DNA of 64,000 nt from Sphyrna mokarran. Its lineage: Eukaryota. The notes under the pieces were generated by a model, which made no database searches, was not told where the DNA came from, and saw nothing but the letters and a program-made list of their open reading frames with translations. The position numbers were made by a program, and so were the translations under genes. This document shows positions 14,105 to 26,413 of this stretch, piece after piece. The DNA is taken from assembly GCA_024679065.1 (NCBI GenBank), contig JAGIQG010000026.1:36084001-36148000 (forward strand), written 5' to 3'. The first letter of the stretch is position 1. Every line of letters starts with the position of its first letter.

Positions 14105-14390
14105 AAACAGATCTACAGCACTTCCTGGATAAATACAAGAATGTATTCTTCCTGGATAAATACAAAGAGACACTTGGCTCAATGAAGAGAGTTTAAATGA
14201 AACTCAAGACAAAACCTATCAAACCAAAAAGTCTCAAAAGCAAGAGCGGTGCCATACGCAATTTGTCCAAAGCTCAAAGGGAAATATTCCTAAGCAACTA
14301 ATTCCAACAGTAAAAATTCTAAAGCAATTCTTGACAAAACTGAGCTTGTTCAGATTCCCTGCTGTAGTGGAGACAATATCCCTTTAAACA
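14105..14390 (+). mobile_element. Gypsy pol fragment
   Basis: Degenerate KETLGSMK...KARAVPYAICPK, typical of the start of Gypsy RT. Confidence 0.55.
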
Positions 14391-15891
14391 ATGAATATTT
14401 GATACTTAAAGGAATGCATCAAATGAAATAAAAACCAACGTATTTGTGTAATGTTTGTATAAATACAGCTCTCGATTTTGTTCTGGACAATCTCTCTCAA
14501 AATAACATTGCAAAGTTCCTACTGTGACCCCTGGTGTTTGTAAGTTTCTCACCCATTCCAGATTTAGACTGCACTGATATGCCAAAAGCTGAATGGGTGA
14601 AGTTGTCACAGCAGAGATGCTAGTTTAACTTCAACCCAATCTTCTTCAACATTTAAATGAAGTGTGATTAGTTTTAGGGAAATAACTATAACACAATGTA
14701 CTTAGAAGTTAGTAAATATGTTTAACAATCTTTGTCATTTATTATTTAATAGGTTAGTACGAGATAGTCAGGTAGCTGGCTCATTAAGGCGTCAGGCCTT
14801 TTCCTCTTGAGCATATCAATGTTAAAACAGTACTGACACGCATGAAAAAATGATCTAACATTAAATGAGCAAGTTTGACAATATATTGTGGGAGGACTTG
14901 AGGAGGGTGCAATAACATATGCTATATCAATGTATGATCTATGAATTTTATAAAAGCATATGTATTGGGAGGACGCAAGATAAAAATTATTTTCTTGTCC
15001 GGTATTTCTCAAGGGAGTCTTACTTTGCCTGCTTCTTCTATCCAGGGCTAGAATTTAAATGGCAGATCACATCTTTAAAACAAGAATTCCACGTTCCCCT
15101 TTCGGAATGATGGTAATAGAGAATCCATTGATGGGATGCACTTGGTGCATCTACTTGAACCAAAAAAAATTGCTACTGTTTGTTCTGGTGTTGCCATCCA
15201 GCATGACCATGTTTGCCACTTTCACAATGAAGTCTGAAGGCTGTTGGAGTTTGACATTCTCCATGTGTAAAAGAGCAGGTTTTTTGAAAAAATGCATGTT
15301 TAAAAGTTATTCCATGCTCTGCCAATCTCCAAAATAATTTTGCAACATTTGTAAGGATCATTATAAAATGTCTGAAATGTTTCCTTTATACATTGAAGCA
15401 TTTCAGGATGTTACTTGAAGTATGTAGAGTCTGAATATCATTGTTTTTTGTATGGTCATTTTGTAATATTTGTAATGTTCTGATTGATGAATAAAGTATA
15501 TTTTATTCATAAAATATGCTGCCTCTAATTTCTTCGTTGGGAAACTATCTTCTGTTTGAAACTTTATTCAGTTTTAACTGGATTGATGCGTCACTGTGAA
15601 TGGGAGGCCTTCAGATCCTTGCTCTGATTGGTGTGTTTGATAAACTATTCTAATATTTTATATTTCATAAAACCACTTTAATTTTTTTCTTTATGCAATA
15701 TTTTCCAATTGAAACAATTTAATGATTGATGAAATTTTGAACCTCAGTGCCCAGTATTGTGTTGATGACATTTTACTGTCAGTGCGTGGGTGTTGCTGAG
15801 TTCATTCCTTACTGTCCATACCAGCAGGAGCACTGGAAATACTCGAAGACTGATTAATGCTGGATTGGAAAATCTGAAACGTGTTTTCTGT

Positions 15892-15930
15892 GATTTCTGT
15901 ATGGATTGAACCTTAGAACATCACACTGTA
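15892..15930 (+). other. Degenerate 23-bp-spacer recombination signal sequence upstream of J
   Basis: Nonamer gatttctgt (15892-15900; consensus GGTTTTTGT), exactly 23-nt spacer (15901-15923), heptamer cactgta (15924-15930; consensus CACTGTG). Confidence 0.8.
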
Positions 15931-15965
15931 TTTGTCTGACCAGGGGGCCAAACTCTTAGTTACAG
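15931..15965 (+). pseudogene. IgL joining (J) segment pseudogene
   Basis: TCT GAC CAG GGG GCC AAA CTC TTA GTT ACA G|gtaaat reads SDQGAKLLVT, which is FGQGTKLLVT with three single-base changes. It has a phase-1 donor, follows the RSS directly and lies about 1.46 kb before a C relic. Confidence 0.82.
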
Positions 15966-17424
15966 GTAAATGACTGGAAACTACCCCTGCAGAACAGCGT
16001 GAATTTATAAGTGTAGTAATTCATTTACAATTTAAACTATTCTTCGAACACTTGTATTGTGTGTAATTGCTGGCTCTATGTTTAATGTCTAAGACTTTCT
16101 GTAAATTAGTCTCATGTTTTCACACCAAATCTGCTCGACTTCTTGATTTACGCTGTATTTCTAGGCCTAATTGTTTAGTGCTATTTCTCTGAATTAATGT
16201 GGCATTTCTAGCTTTGAATGTGCTGCTTCTGAATTACAGCTGCACTCTTGGTGTTGTGTAGCTTTTTCTATGAGCACACATGTCGCTATCTATTAATTGA
16301 CTAAGTAACTTTTGAGTAATTGAAGGTCTTGTTTGTGGCTCAGCAGTGGCATCCCTTCCTTGGTGCAAGAAGCTCTGCTTTTCACTCCTATTGCAGGACT
16401 TGATGGTTATGGAGGTACCATGACCAAGCAGTTGGGTTACGAGTCTGTAAACACTCTCTCAACAGCAGGAGAGTCTCCTCGTCGGCCAGACTGCAGAAGG
16501 CAACCACTGCACTGCATAATCATGGACCAATCCAAATTTTGGGGCATTGTACTTTATGTAGGAGGAATTTTGAGTGCATTCAATTATGCTCAACTCTATT
16601 TTTAATTCTGAAAATTAATCAGAACTATCTCATTCTCAAAACTCTGCATGAACATGGAAACAAAAGCAGAAAAAAATCTGGTTCAGTATATTCTGGTTTG
16701 TTCAAACCTAAGATGGAAGGAGTGGCATTGGAAAGATATAATTGTAATGACTGGATGAATCTATGCTGGATGTATGCACATGAATGATAAAGAGTTAAGA
16801 ACTGAAATTGAGGAATGCTGTGCAAAGATTTGGAAAAAGCAATTCTGTTCTTAGCCCCAGCAGCAGAGATCACTAATTCGTAGTGAAAATATGAAAATCA
16901 GTATCAATGTTATCCTTAACTAAGCTGTTGAAGTCAACTCAATTGTCCAAGATACACACGTTCATTGGCTGATGCCAGTCTTGGGCTGGAACCTTGGGGA
17001 AAGTGAGTTATTAAGAGTTTAGTATTTCAGATTACTATAATAATCCAGAGGAAGGATTCAAATGCCATTACAATAATTGGAGAATTTGAATTCCATTTAT
17101 TCAAACGTATGCATGAAATTGTTGCATTTTTGTTGTTAAAAACCCAAATTGTTCAATATCTTCAGGCAAACAACCCTACCGCGTTTAAAGTTTGGGACTT
17201 CAGTCCCACACAAATATGATAACTGCCCTCGAATAGCCACTCCATTGTATCCAACAGCTATCAATGATTCAAGATGTAGACCCATCATCACCACCGGGCA
17301 ACTTAATGAGGGACTGCTGCAAGTGATGCCCACAATCCAAAAATTAATGGGGGAAGGGATCACAGTGTGATGATAATCTACTAAACTATCTATAATAACT
17401 TGTTTCCTCTGGTTCTGATTACAA

Positions 17425-18108
17425 TTCAGCAATTCCCTGACCCTTCAATAAAACTGCTGGGATCTTCAGCTGATAAGTTGTCCACCAAAGGACCCGGCCC
17501 ATTAGTTTGTCTGGTCAGCAAACTATCCATGGGCTTTATTGTGATCATTTGATGGAAATCTGATGAGCAGTGATGTCCAAAGCAGTGTGGTGTCGTGGAG
17601 CTCAGCCATATTTTCTTAGTTGATCTCCAATTTATGCATGTAATTTCACTTCCTGAAGAATTCCCTTCTGCTATACACTGGGGAATAAATGCTTGCTCAA
17701 GATACAAAGGACTTTCAACCCAGTGTGGCAAGTAGAGTGAGCCTGCTAGAAAGCTAGATGTAACTTACAATCTGTTCGTTTATATTTGTTTCACATCTGT
17801 CAGAGCGCAGTGTGGTTGTAGAACATCTCCGTTGCATTAATTAGATAAGCCAACAAGGACCTTTTCCTTAGTTTGGTGTATTAATTACTTAAGTTGATTT
17901 GTTGAAGCCTGAAAAGGTGAAATCTTGTTCTTTGGTTAATGCTCATTGGAAAATTAATCTCTTTTTCAAAAGTTGGCAGTAACAACAGGGCAACATCTGT
18001 CATCCCCTCAGCTGGCAGAGATTGGAGCAGTGAGAAAATATATCCGATACACTTCAACAAAGAGCAGCTTCAAAAACAACCATAACCACCTCACAATCCA
18101 ACTGTTAA
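17425..18108 (+). pseudogene. IgL constant exon pseudogene, copy 2, interrupted by a 404-bp insert
   Basis: 17425-17605 and 18010-18108 align with 1522-1844 (aaactgctgggatcttcag, gtcagcaaactatccatgggcttt, gagattggagcagtg, cacaatccaactgttaa). The acceptor AG is mutated to AA and there are frameshifts. Weak 3' UTR similarity continues to about 18400. Confidence 0.93.
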
Positions 18109-19040
18109 ACAGGTGGAGTTTCACCTGAATAGTAGGAAAATATTATGTTGCTTTTTCTCAACATACCATTTTCTACCTCTTGATGTCTATTGTATTTTGT
18201 GCTCTGTATTTGAAGTGTTTGTACATTAAACAATTTTGTTTTACCCTAATTCAGAAGCCTCATGAAGGTAAATGTGGCCAGTCATTGGAGAATGACTTGT
18301 TCAGCACGAGCAATGGATTTAATGAAGGTGGTTTCTGATATGCTACCATCTTCAACCAAATCAATGCAAACAGACTCAATTAAAAAAAATTGTACAGGGA
18401 ACCAAGTGTATTTTTCTTTGTTCTCCGCCAGTCAATGCTGCAAAAAAATGAATAGAATGACTTATCTTCAGCTGCTGTATTATTTCAGCTTTTTAACAAG
18501 TTCACTAGGCCTGATGTGGAGGCTCACTTTTAAAAAAGCTACAATACAGGAAATTTAGACCACAATCTCACTTAACCAGGAATAAACTAACCTAGTCAAA
18601 TTCCAGAAGTTCCCTATATGTTGGCAAGACTCAAAAGCAGAGGGGATGACAGATGTTGCCCTGTTGTTATTGCCAACTTTTGAAAAAGAGATTAATTTTC
18701 CAATGAGCATTAACCAAAGAACAAGATTTCACCTTTTCAGGCTTCAACAAATCAACTTAAGTAATTAATACACCAAACTAAGGAAAAGGTCCTTGTTGGC
18801 TTATCTAATTAATGCAACGGAGATGTTCTATAACCACACTGCACTCTGACAGATGTGAAACAAACATAAACGAACAGATTGTAAGTTACATCCAGCTTTC
18901 TAGCAGGCTCACTCTACTTGCCACACTGGGTTGAAAGTCCTTTGTATCTTGAGCAAGCATTTATTCCCCAGTGTATAGCAGAAGGGAATTCTTCAAGTGA
19001 AATTACATGCATAAATTGGAAATCAACTAAGAAAATATGG
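17606..19040. repeat. Inverted repeat with arms of about 400 bp (17606-18009 and 18640-19040)
   Basis: The arms are reverse complements with only about 10 differences, separated by a 630-bp spacer. Confidence 0.97.
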
Positions 19041-20549
19041 GCATGAGAATTTTACAAACTGATTTGATGCATGTCACTGGGAAACAAGACATTAAACTTG
19101 AGCTCATGTTCTCTCAGTCTTTCATACTCTGCTTTCTAAGCAAAAGTACAGTGCCTTATCTTCTTATGTCCACCCACTGGTTTTTTTTTAAGCAGAGTCC
19201 TTGAAGCCTTCTCCTGGACCCTGAGTGGACCACAGGCTCTGCAAACTACTGCTCTAGATTGTTCCAGGATTGTGGCAAGATGTTTAAATGCAAATCAACA
19301 GCTGTGACGTGCTTAACTGGGAGCTGATCTGGAGCCACAACACCTGGGAAACTATTCTATTAGCTGAATATGTCTTCATGTCAGATACCAGGATCAATGT
19401 GAAGTGGCTTGGGATCCTCAGTTTGAGGTTTCTTTGATGAAGGTTTCTCCCCATCTGTAACATAACAGAGGTCTACAGGTGAGGAGATCCGACATTGTAC
19501 TCTACATTGGAGCAATCTTAAAAACATCAAAAAAAGTATTTGATCAAGCATTTTTTAGGGGTAGGTAAGGACTTCATCTCTTTTAAGCCAGATTTGTTGG
19601 GAAAGCATTTGATAAAAAGGGGGCAGGGATTTGTAAAAGCTCCTTTTGGAGGTCATAAAACTCTTGGTACTAGCATACTAGTTCCAAACCAGAGTGGAAA
19701 ACAGAGCAGGTTGCAATATTGGTCAGATCTGTTTCTGTTCAATTTCTTAGTCTATTATTCTCAGCTGTGTTCAGTTTCTGTGCTGAGTGTGCAATGGATC
19801 ACCAAAATTATGGAAATAAGTAATCTCACCAAAGTGCAAAGGGTGGGGTTAGACACATATTTCTGTTTGAATCTAATGTTATATTCACTTGTAGACTAAG
19901 GTAACAGTATTCATTGAATGATAGATTTCAGAAAGCCACTTTGCATGCAATGTAACTGAACTCTCGAGTGATGATCCTATGTATTCACCCAAAGAATTGA
20001 AAGGGCAATTTTGTGATGCTATTGGCAGAATGAACTGATACTATGCCAGAATACCCAAATTGGTCAAGGATATGCAAACAATGTCTTCTTTATTCACCCA
20101 GAAACAAGTATTAAGGAAATGGACCATGGTTTTGGGCTATTTAAGAAGTCAGTCAATAGCTTTCAGCTGAGGTGCTTTTGACTCATGTAAAGTTGAAGCG
20201 TGTAGTGAGTTGCTGGAATTAAAAGGCTTTTGTTGATTGGAGGAAGGCAGAAAATAAAATTTGTTTGCATTGGCATGGGAGCAATAGTTACAGGGCTACT
20301 TGTTTTGTAGCCAAAACAGGACTTGTGGAGGAAGAGACAGGAAGGGGAACCTCTGCAAATGAAGTGATGAAAGAGGGCTCTGTACAAAACGGCCTCCATT
20401 CCTACATTGCACTTAATCAAAAGCCTTTGAAAGTCTTACTTCACAAAGGTTGTGTCACCTTCTTTATGTGGGCCCTGAGCCTCAATTGGTCAAGGTCCTC
20501 CAGGAAGATAATAGTTTCCTTAAATTATATGTTGTTGGTTCCTTTCAGA

Positions 20550-21000
20550 TGAGAGCAAATGTCACGTGCACTTCACAAATTGCTGTGCATAGAACAACAA
20601 GGAAGCTAGAGCGGCCCTGTTTAGAAAAAGAGGGCACTTAATTCTTTCTCTGAAGATGAAAGGGTACATAATATTTTCTGGATAGCAGGCTTCCTGATGT
20701 TATATTTATGTGATTGTAGGCTCCCCGCATTAATGAGGCACGATACTGCAATTACAAGCTATCACTTACCCAAACCAATTGATGTGTGACCTTGGGAAAT
20801 ATCTGCTATCCTGGCAACACCCGTGAAGCTTTTATCCTGTGACAGCTGGCAATTCTCATTGCCTTCTGGCCTGAAAAACGTAACAGGATATTGCTCAGAA
20901 ACAACAGCTATCCACTCTGCGCATGGTTCACTATTTCCTTCTGCCATTCCACCACTTGTAAAGATGCACAAAGAAGCAACTTACCATCATCCAGATGACT
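20550..21000 (-). mobile_element. Possible PIF/Harbinger transposase relic
   Basis: Frameshifted ARIAx-FPKV and CCSMHSNL, compared with the family motifs IAGFPxV and CCxLHN. Confidence 0.35.
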
Positions 21001-21649
21001 TTGACAGAAGCAGATGGTACTAGTTCTGTGTCATTAAATGTCCATCTTCGAGGGTGCTGACATGATGGTTACATGCTGGTTCTCTGCGAGTGCCTTCGAT
21101 TACAGCCTTCTCCTTCAAGAGTGGACAGACTGACTGTGTTAATGGGCTTGACTGAAGTGTTTGCCATAGCTAAATTGAGTACATTCAGAAGGTGAGATGT
21201 AACATGCAGCTGTGAGGAGAGGTCATTAATTGTTTTTCCAGCACTGCTGCCATATTCTCAAAATTATACTTTGTTGTGTGCTTACATTCCTTGTAGATAT
21301 TCAGACTTCCTGCCTGACTGCCCTTCCTCTCTGGCCAATAGGTCTAGGGCAGCATTGCTAAAACTGAGGGTCCTTTCCTTCACCTGTATGCCAACATCTT
21401 CATTAGTGTTCCAAGTAATTCTCCAGTAGCAGGCTGTGCATTGCTGCAATTTCCCTTAAAATAACACCTTTTAAAATGGAAGGCGACCTCAAGCACATAC
21501 TTTCTTCACAAGGTCGTATGGTCTCCTATAATGTGTCAAGGAAACTGACAGCACATTGAAGTCCAGTGTAATGCCATCAGAGAAATGACGATGATGCACA
21601 AATTACAGGATCCCTTCCCAAAAATTGGGCAAACTAATTTTTAGTCCAA

Positions 21650-22640
21650 TGCTTTTGTTTATAAAATTAAGGGCTGTGTGTGCACTTTTAACAATCTTCT
21701 CAACCTGTGTGTCCATTTTCAAATATTAGTGCATATAAGCCCCAGATATCTGTTTCTCGATGTTCTTTAGTTCTGTACTATTTACTTTATCATTATGATG
21801 CCTCTCTCATTTTTGCTACAAAAATGTATTGTTTCACCCTTCTCTGTCATCTGCCAGGTTCGTGTCATTTCACAGTCTCTATATGTCCTCAAAGTCTCTT
21901 ACTTCCCTCCTCACTGCTGCATTTGAGTTTCCTGTCATCTGCATATAAGGCGGTTGTCACAAAACTGGCCTCTGGGGAACACCACTGCATACTCCCCTCC
22001 GGTCCCTTAACCCATTTTGTACCTATGGTGTCACTGCCACTATAATTTCACGAGCTTCAATTATATTAATAGGTCTTATGTGATATTTTATCAAACACCT
22101 TTAGAAAGTCTATACATGAATCAAATAAGCCATCTTGATCAACTCTCTCCATTACTTTACGGAACAAAGCGATCAAGTTAGCCCAACACATTTGATCTTG
22201 AACAAACTTATGCTGACTTAGTTATTAACCCCTATTTTTCCAAGTGAGAATTAATTTTGTGCTGACTGGTGTGTAATTGGTTGCATCTTTTTTAAACATC
22301 ATCATGAGCAGTTGCAATTCACAAGTTTTCTCACACTGTTTCCAGACTGAGAGAATTGCAAGATCACAGCCAATGTCTCAGCAATCACTTATGTTCCTGC
22401 AACTACCGACGTTACTTCCCTCAACAACCCAAGATGCATCCACTTACAACGCTGACTCGCTAAGTTGAAATTGCCAACCTTTTAAGTACCTAATCTTTAC
22501 TTTATTCACATCAATTATTTTGTTTACTACCTCTTCTTTAGCTGTGGCATTAATGGCATCATCTTCTTTAATGTAAGTGATTTGGTACTGCAACCATGCC
22601 CCTTGCTACATGAGATAAAACACCCTTTTGGTCACTAATT
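21650..22640 (-). mobile_element. Old CR1 ORF2 remnant
   Basis: Degenerate similarity to the CR1 at 11380-13520 (ctgtcatctgcatat, ttttatcaaacaccttt, tgctgact). Confidence 0.6.
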
Positions 22641-23969
22641 GGTTTATGACATTGCATTGGCAATCCAGATTATGCATTCAAATCCTATAAAAGCAAGTTG
22701 GAAAACTGAATTGACTTAAATGGAAGTAGAAAAAAAAACAGCCTTGAAATATGTTAATTAAGAGGGGTTTCACAATAACTTCATTGCAGTGTTAATACAA
22801 GCCTACTTGTGACACCAGCAAATAAACTTTGTGTTAATTAAGATAGGAATAAGCCAACTCATATCTTAAATGAGAATTTCTACCTAGTGTGTGTCCATAG
22901 CAATTATTTATAGCATCATCAAAAACTGGAGGCATGAAGTATCTTGGTTGTCATTGCACAATGGGAAAATTTCTTAAAAGATAACCCGCTATCAGCTAAA
23001 TTTTCGCCTCGGATTCCAGCAAGAATTCACCTCATGAACACTGGTTTACAAGACTAGTAGGCTAACTGCAGAGCTATGAAGCTAACAAGGTACCAAATTT
23101 CACAGATGAGAAGATTATGCCATTATCAGACTTAAAAAGAAGGCTATGTATGGAATATGGCAAATCATATTCTATATACAGCTGGATCATTGAACAGGCT
23201 TTCCCACAAAGTTGTATTTCCTTTTCTTTTTGTGTCAAGCTTTCCTATTTGAAGGGGAGGGGGTGGGGTGGCAGTAGAGCTATGCTGTGGCAGTCAGGTT
23301 GATTGGGTTTTTTTCCCTTTGGACTTTGTTTCTTTTTAGGCAGACCGTGGTTTGAAAACAGTTGAACAGCAAGCTAAGAAGCAGTCTCTTTCTCTTCCTG
23401 CTTTTTTCTCTTTGGTTTGATTCTGCCTTAAAGAAGCTGTGTTTTGGGAAATAGATTTGACTACAATCTCTCTCAGTTTCTTCACAATGGAGTTTCAGCA
23501 TTCAACCCAGGAGACTCTAACAAGTGGGCATTAACTCATGCTGTATTGTTTATTTAGAGTTTATTTATGCTGTATTGTTTATTGTATTGGATGTTGGTTT
23601 TGGTTGGAACACATTAGCAAGGTTCTTTAAGTGTTATACATTATCGTGGATGTTGTGTTTCTTGTTTGTAATTGTTAAAAGTGTTTGCTAAGTGTACATG
23701 TCAACAATATTCTTAATTAAACTTTGTTGTTGATAAAAGCTCTTCTTGGGTCAGTTGAAATACACCTGAAGTGAAACCTTTCATGCTCATCCTCGCCAAA
23801 TTCAACATAAAAACATTACAGATTAGGCAAGCTTCATAGAACACTTTGGAGCATCCAACCTGACTTAACAATTGGCAAAAACATTTAGCAGTAAATCATA
23901 ACTGATTTATATTGCAGCACTGGATGAATGGGTGGCGGAAGCAGATTCAGTAGTACGTTTCAAAGGGCT

Positions 23970-24320
23970 ATTGGCAAAGTGGTTAACACCACTGCCTCTC
24001 AGCGCCAGGGATCCAGGTTCGATTCTGTCTTGGGATTACTGTGTAGAGTTTGCATGTTCTCCCCATGTCTGTGTGGGTATCCTTTGGGTGCTCCCGTTTC
24101 TTCCCAAAATCCAAAGATGTGCGGGTTAGATGGATTGGCCATGCTACATTGCATCTTAGTGATCAAAAGATGTGAAGTTGGTGAATTAGCCATGGTAAAT
24201 GCATGGGATTAAGGGGATAGGGCAGGGAGAGCGGTCTGGGTGGGATGCGCTTTCGGAGGGTCAGTGCAGAGTCGATTGACTGATGGCCACCTTCTGCACT
24301 GTAGGGAGTCCATGGTTCTA
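23970..24320 (+). mobile_element. HE1/V-SINE
   Basis: Same head, V domain and tail as 13790-14100. Confidence 0.88.
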
Positions 24321-25964
24321 TAGGATAAACACTCAAATAGGATAAATATTGGAAAAGAGCGAATTGGCACAAACACAAAGGGTCAGGGAGCCTCCAGTAC
24401 TGTACTATTCTAGTTTATGAAAGTGATCACTCTAATTAGATAATTTAGCTACTGAGTGAGTTTTTCACATTATTGTTAAAACCTCATTGTGAGAAACTCT
24501 CAGCTGAAAATTGCTTCTCTGCCATTTATTGAACTAAAATATTGCCCAAAATATGTCCTTTCACTAAATGTTGTGAAATTTCATTTCACAACATAAATAA
24601 ATCTACCTAATGAATTGTCTTATATCTTGTTATGCCTTTATCAAAGATTTGTTGGAAGTTCTCAACATGTCCCACTAATCTGGGTTAGACCTTTTACGAA
24701 TTGATGAGCTGAATTTGCTTTTGAGTTTTTTCTTACATGTATCTGTGAGGGAAGAAAGACACTTGTTTTGATGCATTTCTATAGCTTTTATTTTATCTAT
24801 GAATATCAGAACTTATACTAATAGTAGATGAAAGGAAATAATACCTTATGTTTATGCTAGTTAAAATAAAAAAAAAGTTGAATGTCGAGATCGATCCCGC
24901 CTGTTTTTACCGACACTAGTTGATCATGAGAGACACATGTATAAAATACATCTTTCTTATTTTAATTTGTTTTGAAAATAGTTACATTTTCAAAGAAAAC
25001 AGCTGGAGAGAAACAGTAGAGACAGGACAAGGGAACTAGCTTGAGCGAGCAGGCCCCAAAGAACAGCGTAAAGGGATGGAGCGAGTGATTAGTCCAAAAC
25101 AGTACGAGTTAGGGGATCATGGTGGAAGGGAAGGAGAGATAGTAATGGGAATCTAAATAAATGGGCAATATAGCGGAAGTGACTGAATGAGGGAGTTGTT
25201 GAAGGAGACGTGTTTACAACAATTCCACTTCATTGGAACTGCTTTCCCACATCATGCTAGACAGTCAAAACATACCACTCTGAAGGAACAAAAAGTGCAA
25301 GCAGAGGAAAAGAGAGACTGTTAAGCAGAGAGAAACATGAGAACAGCCAGAGAGAGAGAGACACAGGAGCAGACAGAGAGAAAAAGCAATACAAAACTAC
25401 AATACAGCTAGGAAATAATTGATGTCCTGTAATTTAAAGTAAAATGTCAGGTCATATGATGAAGCAACAATTTCACATAAAGCTGCAAACTCCAACTGTG
25501 AAACTCAAGTAATCTTTTAATGCAGCAGAGAATGAAGCATTGCATTAAACTCATCGTGAATAAGTTTCGAAGTCTGATTGACAGGCTACTGCATAGTGAA
25601 ATGGTGCAACACAAGTGCAAATGTAAGAAACAACAGCCATCACTTGCAAATCATACAGCTGTTCCAAAGAGCACAATAATGGAGTGTCTTGGCAGCAATG
25701 ACGGAGGGTGGAAGCCACATCCAAGGCTGGATGCAGCACTGATGATCCAAAGTCTTGTTTTGTTGGAACAATTGTAAATTATCAAGGGAATGAATAGCAG
25801 GAGATGTATTGCAGACAAGAACTTACATTATGAATGTGTATGTACTTTATTATTCTATTGTCATGTTGCTCCAGTTTCAATTACAGCCCAGCAACTTGCT
25901 GATCCTTCAGCAAAAAACTACTTGGGCCTTGAACAGAATTATCCACCAAAAGACGCCCACAACT

Positions 25965-26277
25965 GGGGCAGCACAGTGGTTAGCACTGCTGCCTCACAGT
26001 GCCAAGGACCCAGATTAGATTCCCAGCTTGGGTCACTGTCTATGTGGAGTTTGCACATTCTCCTTATGTCTGCACGGATTTCTTCCCACAGTCCAAAAAT
26101 GTGCAGATTAGGTTGATTGGCCATGCTAAAATTACCCCTTAATGTCCAGAGATATATAGGTTAGAGGGATTACTGGGTAAATATAGAAATATGGGAGTAG
26201 GACCTGGGTAGGATGGTGGTCAGTGCAGACTCGATGGGCTGAGTGGTCTCTTTCTGCACTGTAAGGTTTCTATGATT
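25965..26277 (+). mobile_element. HE1/V-SINE inserted in C relic 3
   Basis: ggggcagcacagtggttagcactgctgcctcacag...ctgcactgtaaggtttctatg. Confidence 0.92.
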
Positions 26278-26413
26278 TATAACACTTTGCCTGGCCAGCA
26301 AATTATCCATGAGTTTCGCTGGGGCTAATTGGACAGTCACTGGAAGAACAAAAGCAATGTGTTTCCCTATCCATCGCTGTTGTGGAACACAATCTCTACA
26401 GCTACCTGGTAGT

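Noticed and set aside
14121-14165. 18-bp direct repeat cttcctggataaatacaa
   Set aside because: Only two copies inside a Gypsy relic; a simple slippage duplication, not an array.
15571-15598. CACTGTG heptamer upstream of the J relic
   Set aside because: No acceptable nonamer at 12 or 23 nt and no J-like sequence follows.
17361-17388. CACAGTG, 12 nt, then actaaacta, resembling a 12-RSS
   Set aside because: The nonamer matches only 5/9 and the preceding sequence is a SINE remnant, not a V exon; likely chance.
19645-19675. tttggaggtcataaaactcttggtactag, a J-like FGG..KLLVL string
   Set aside because: It needs a frameshift and has no RSS and no GT donor.
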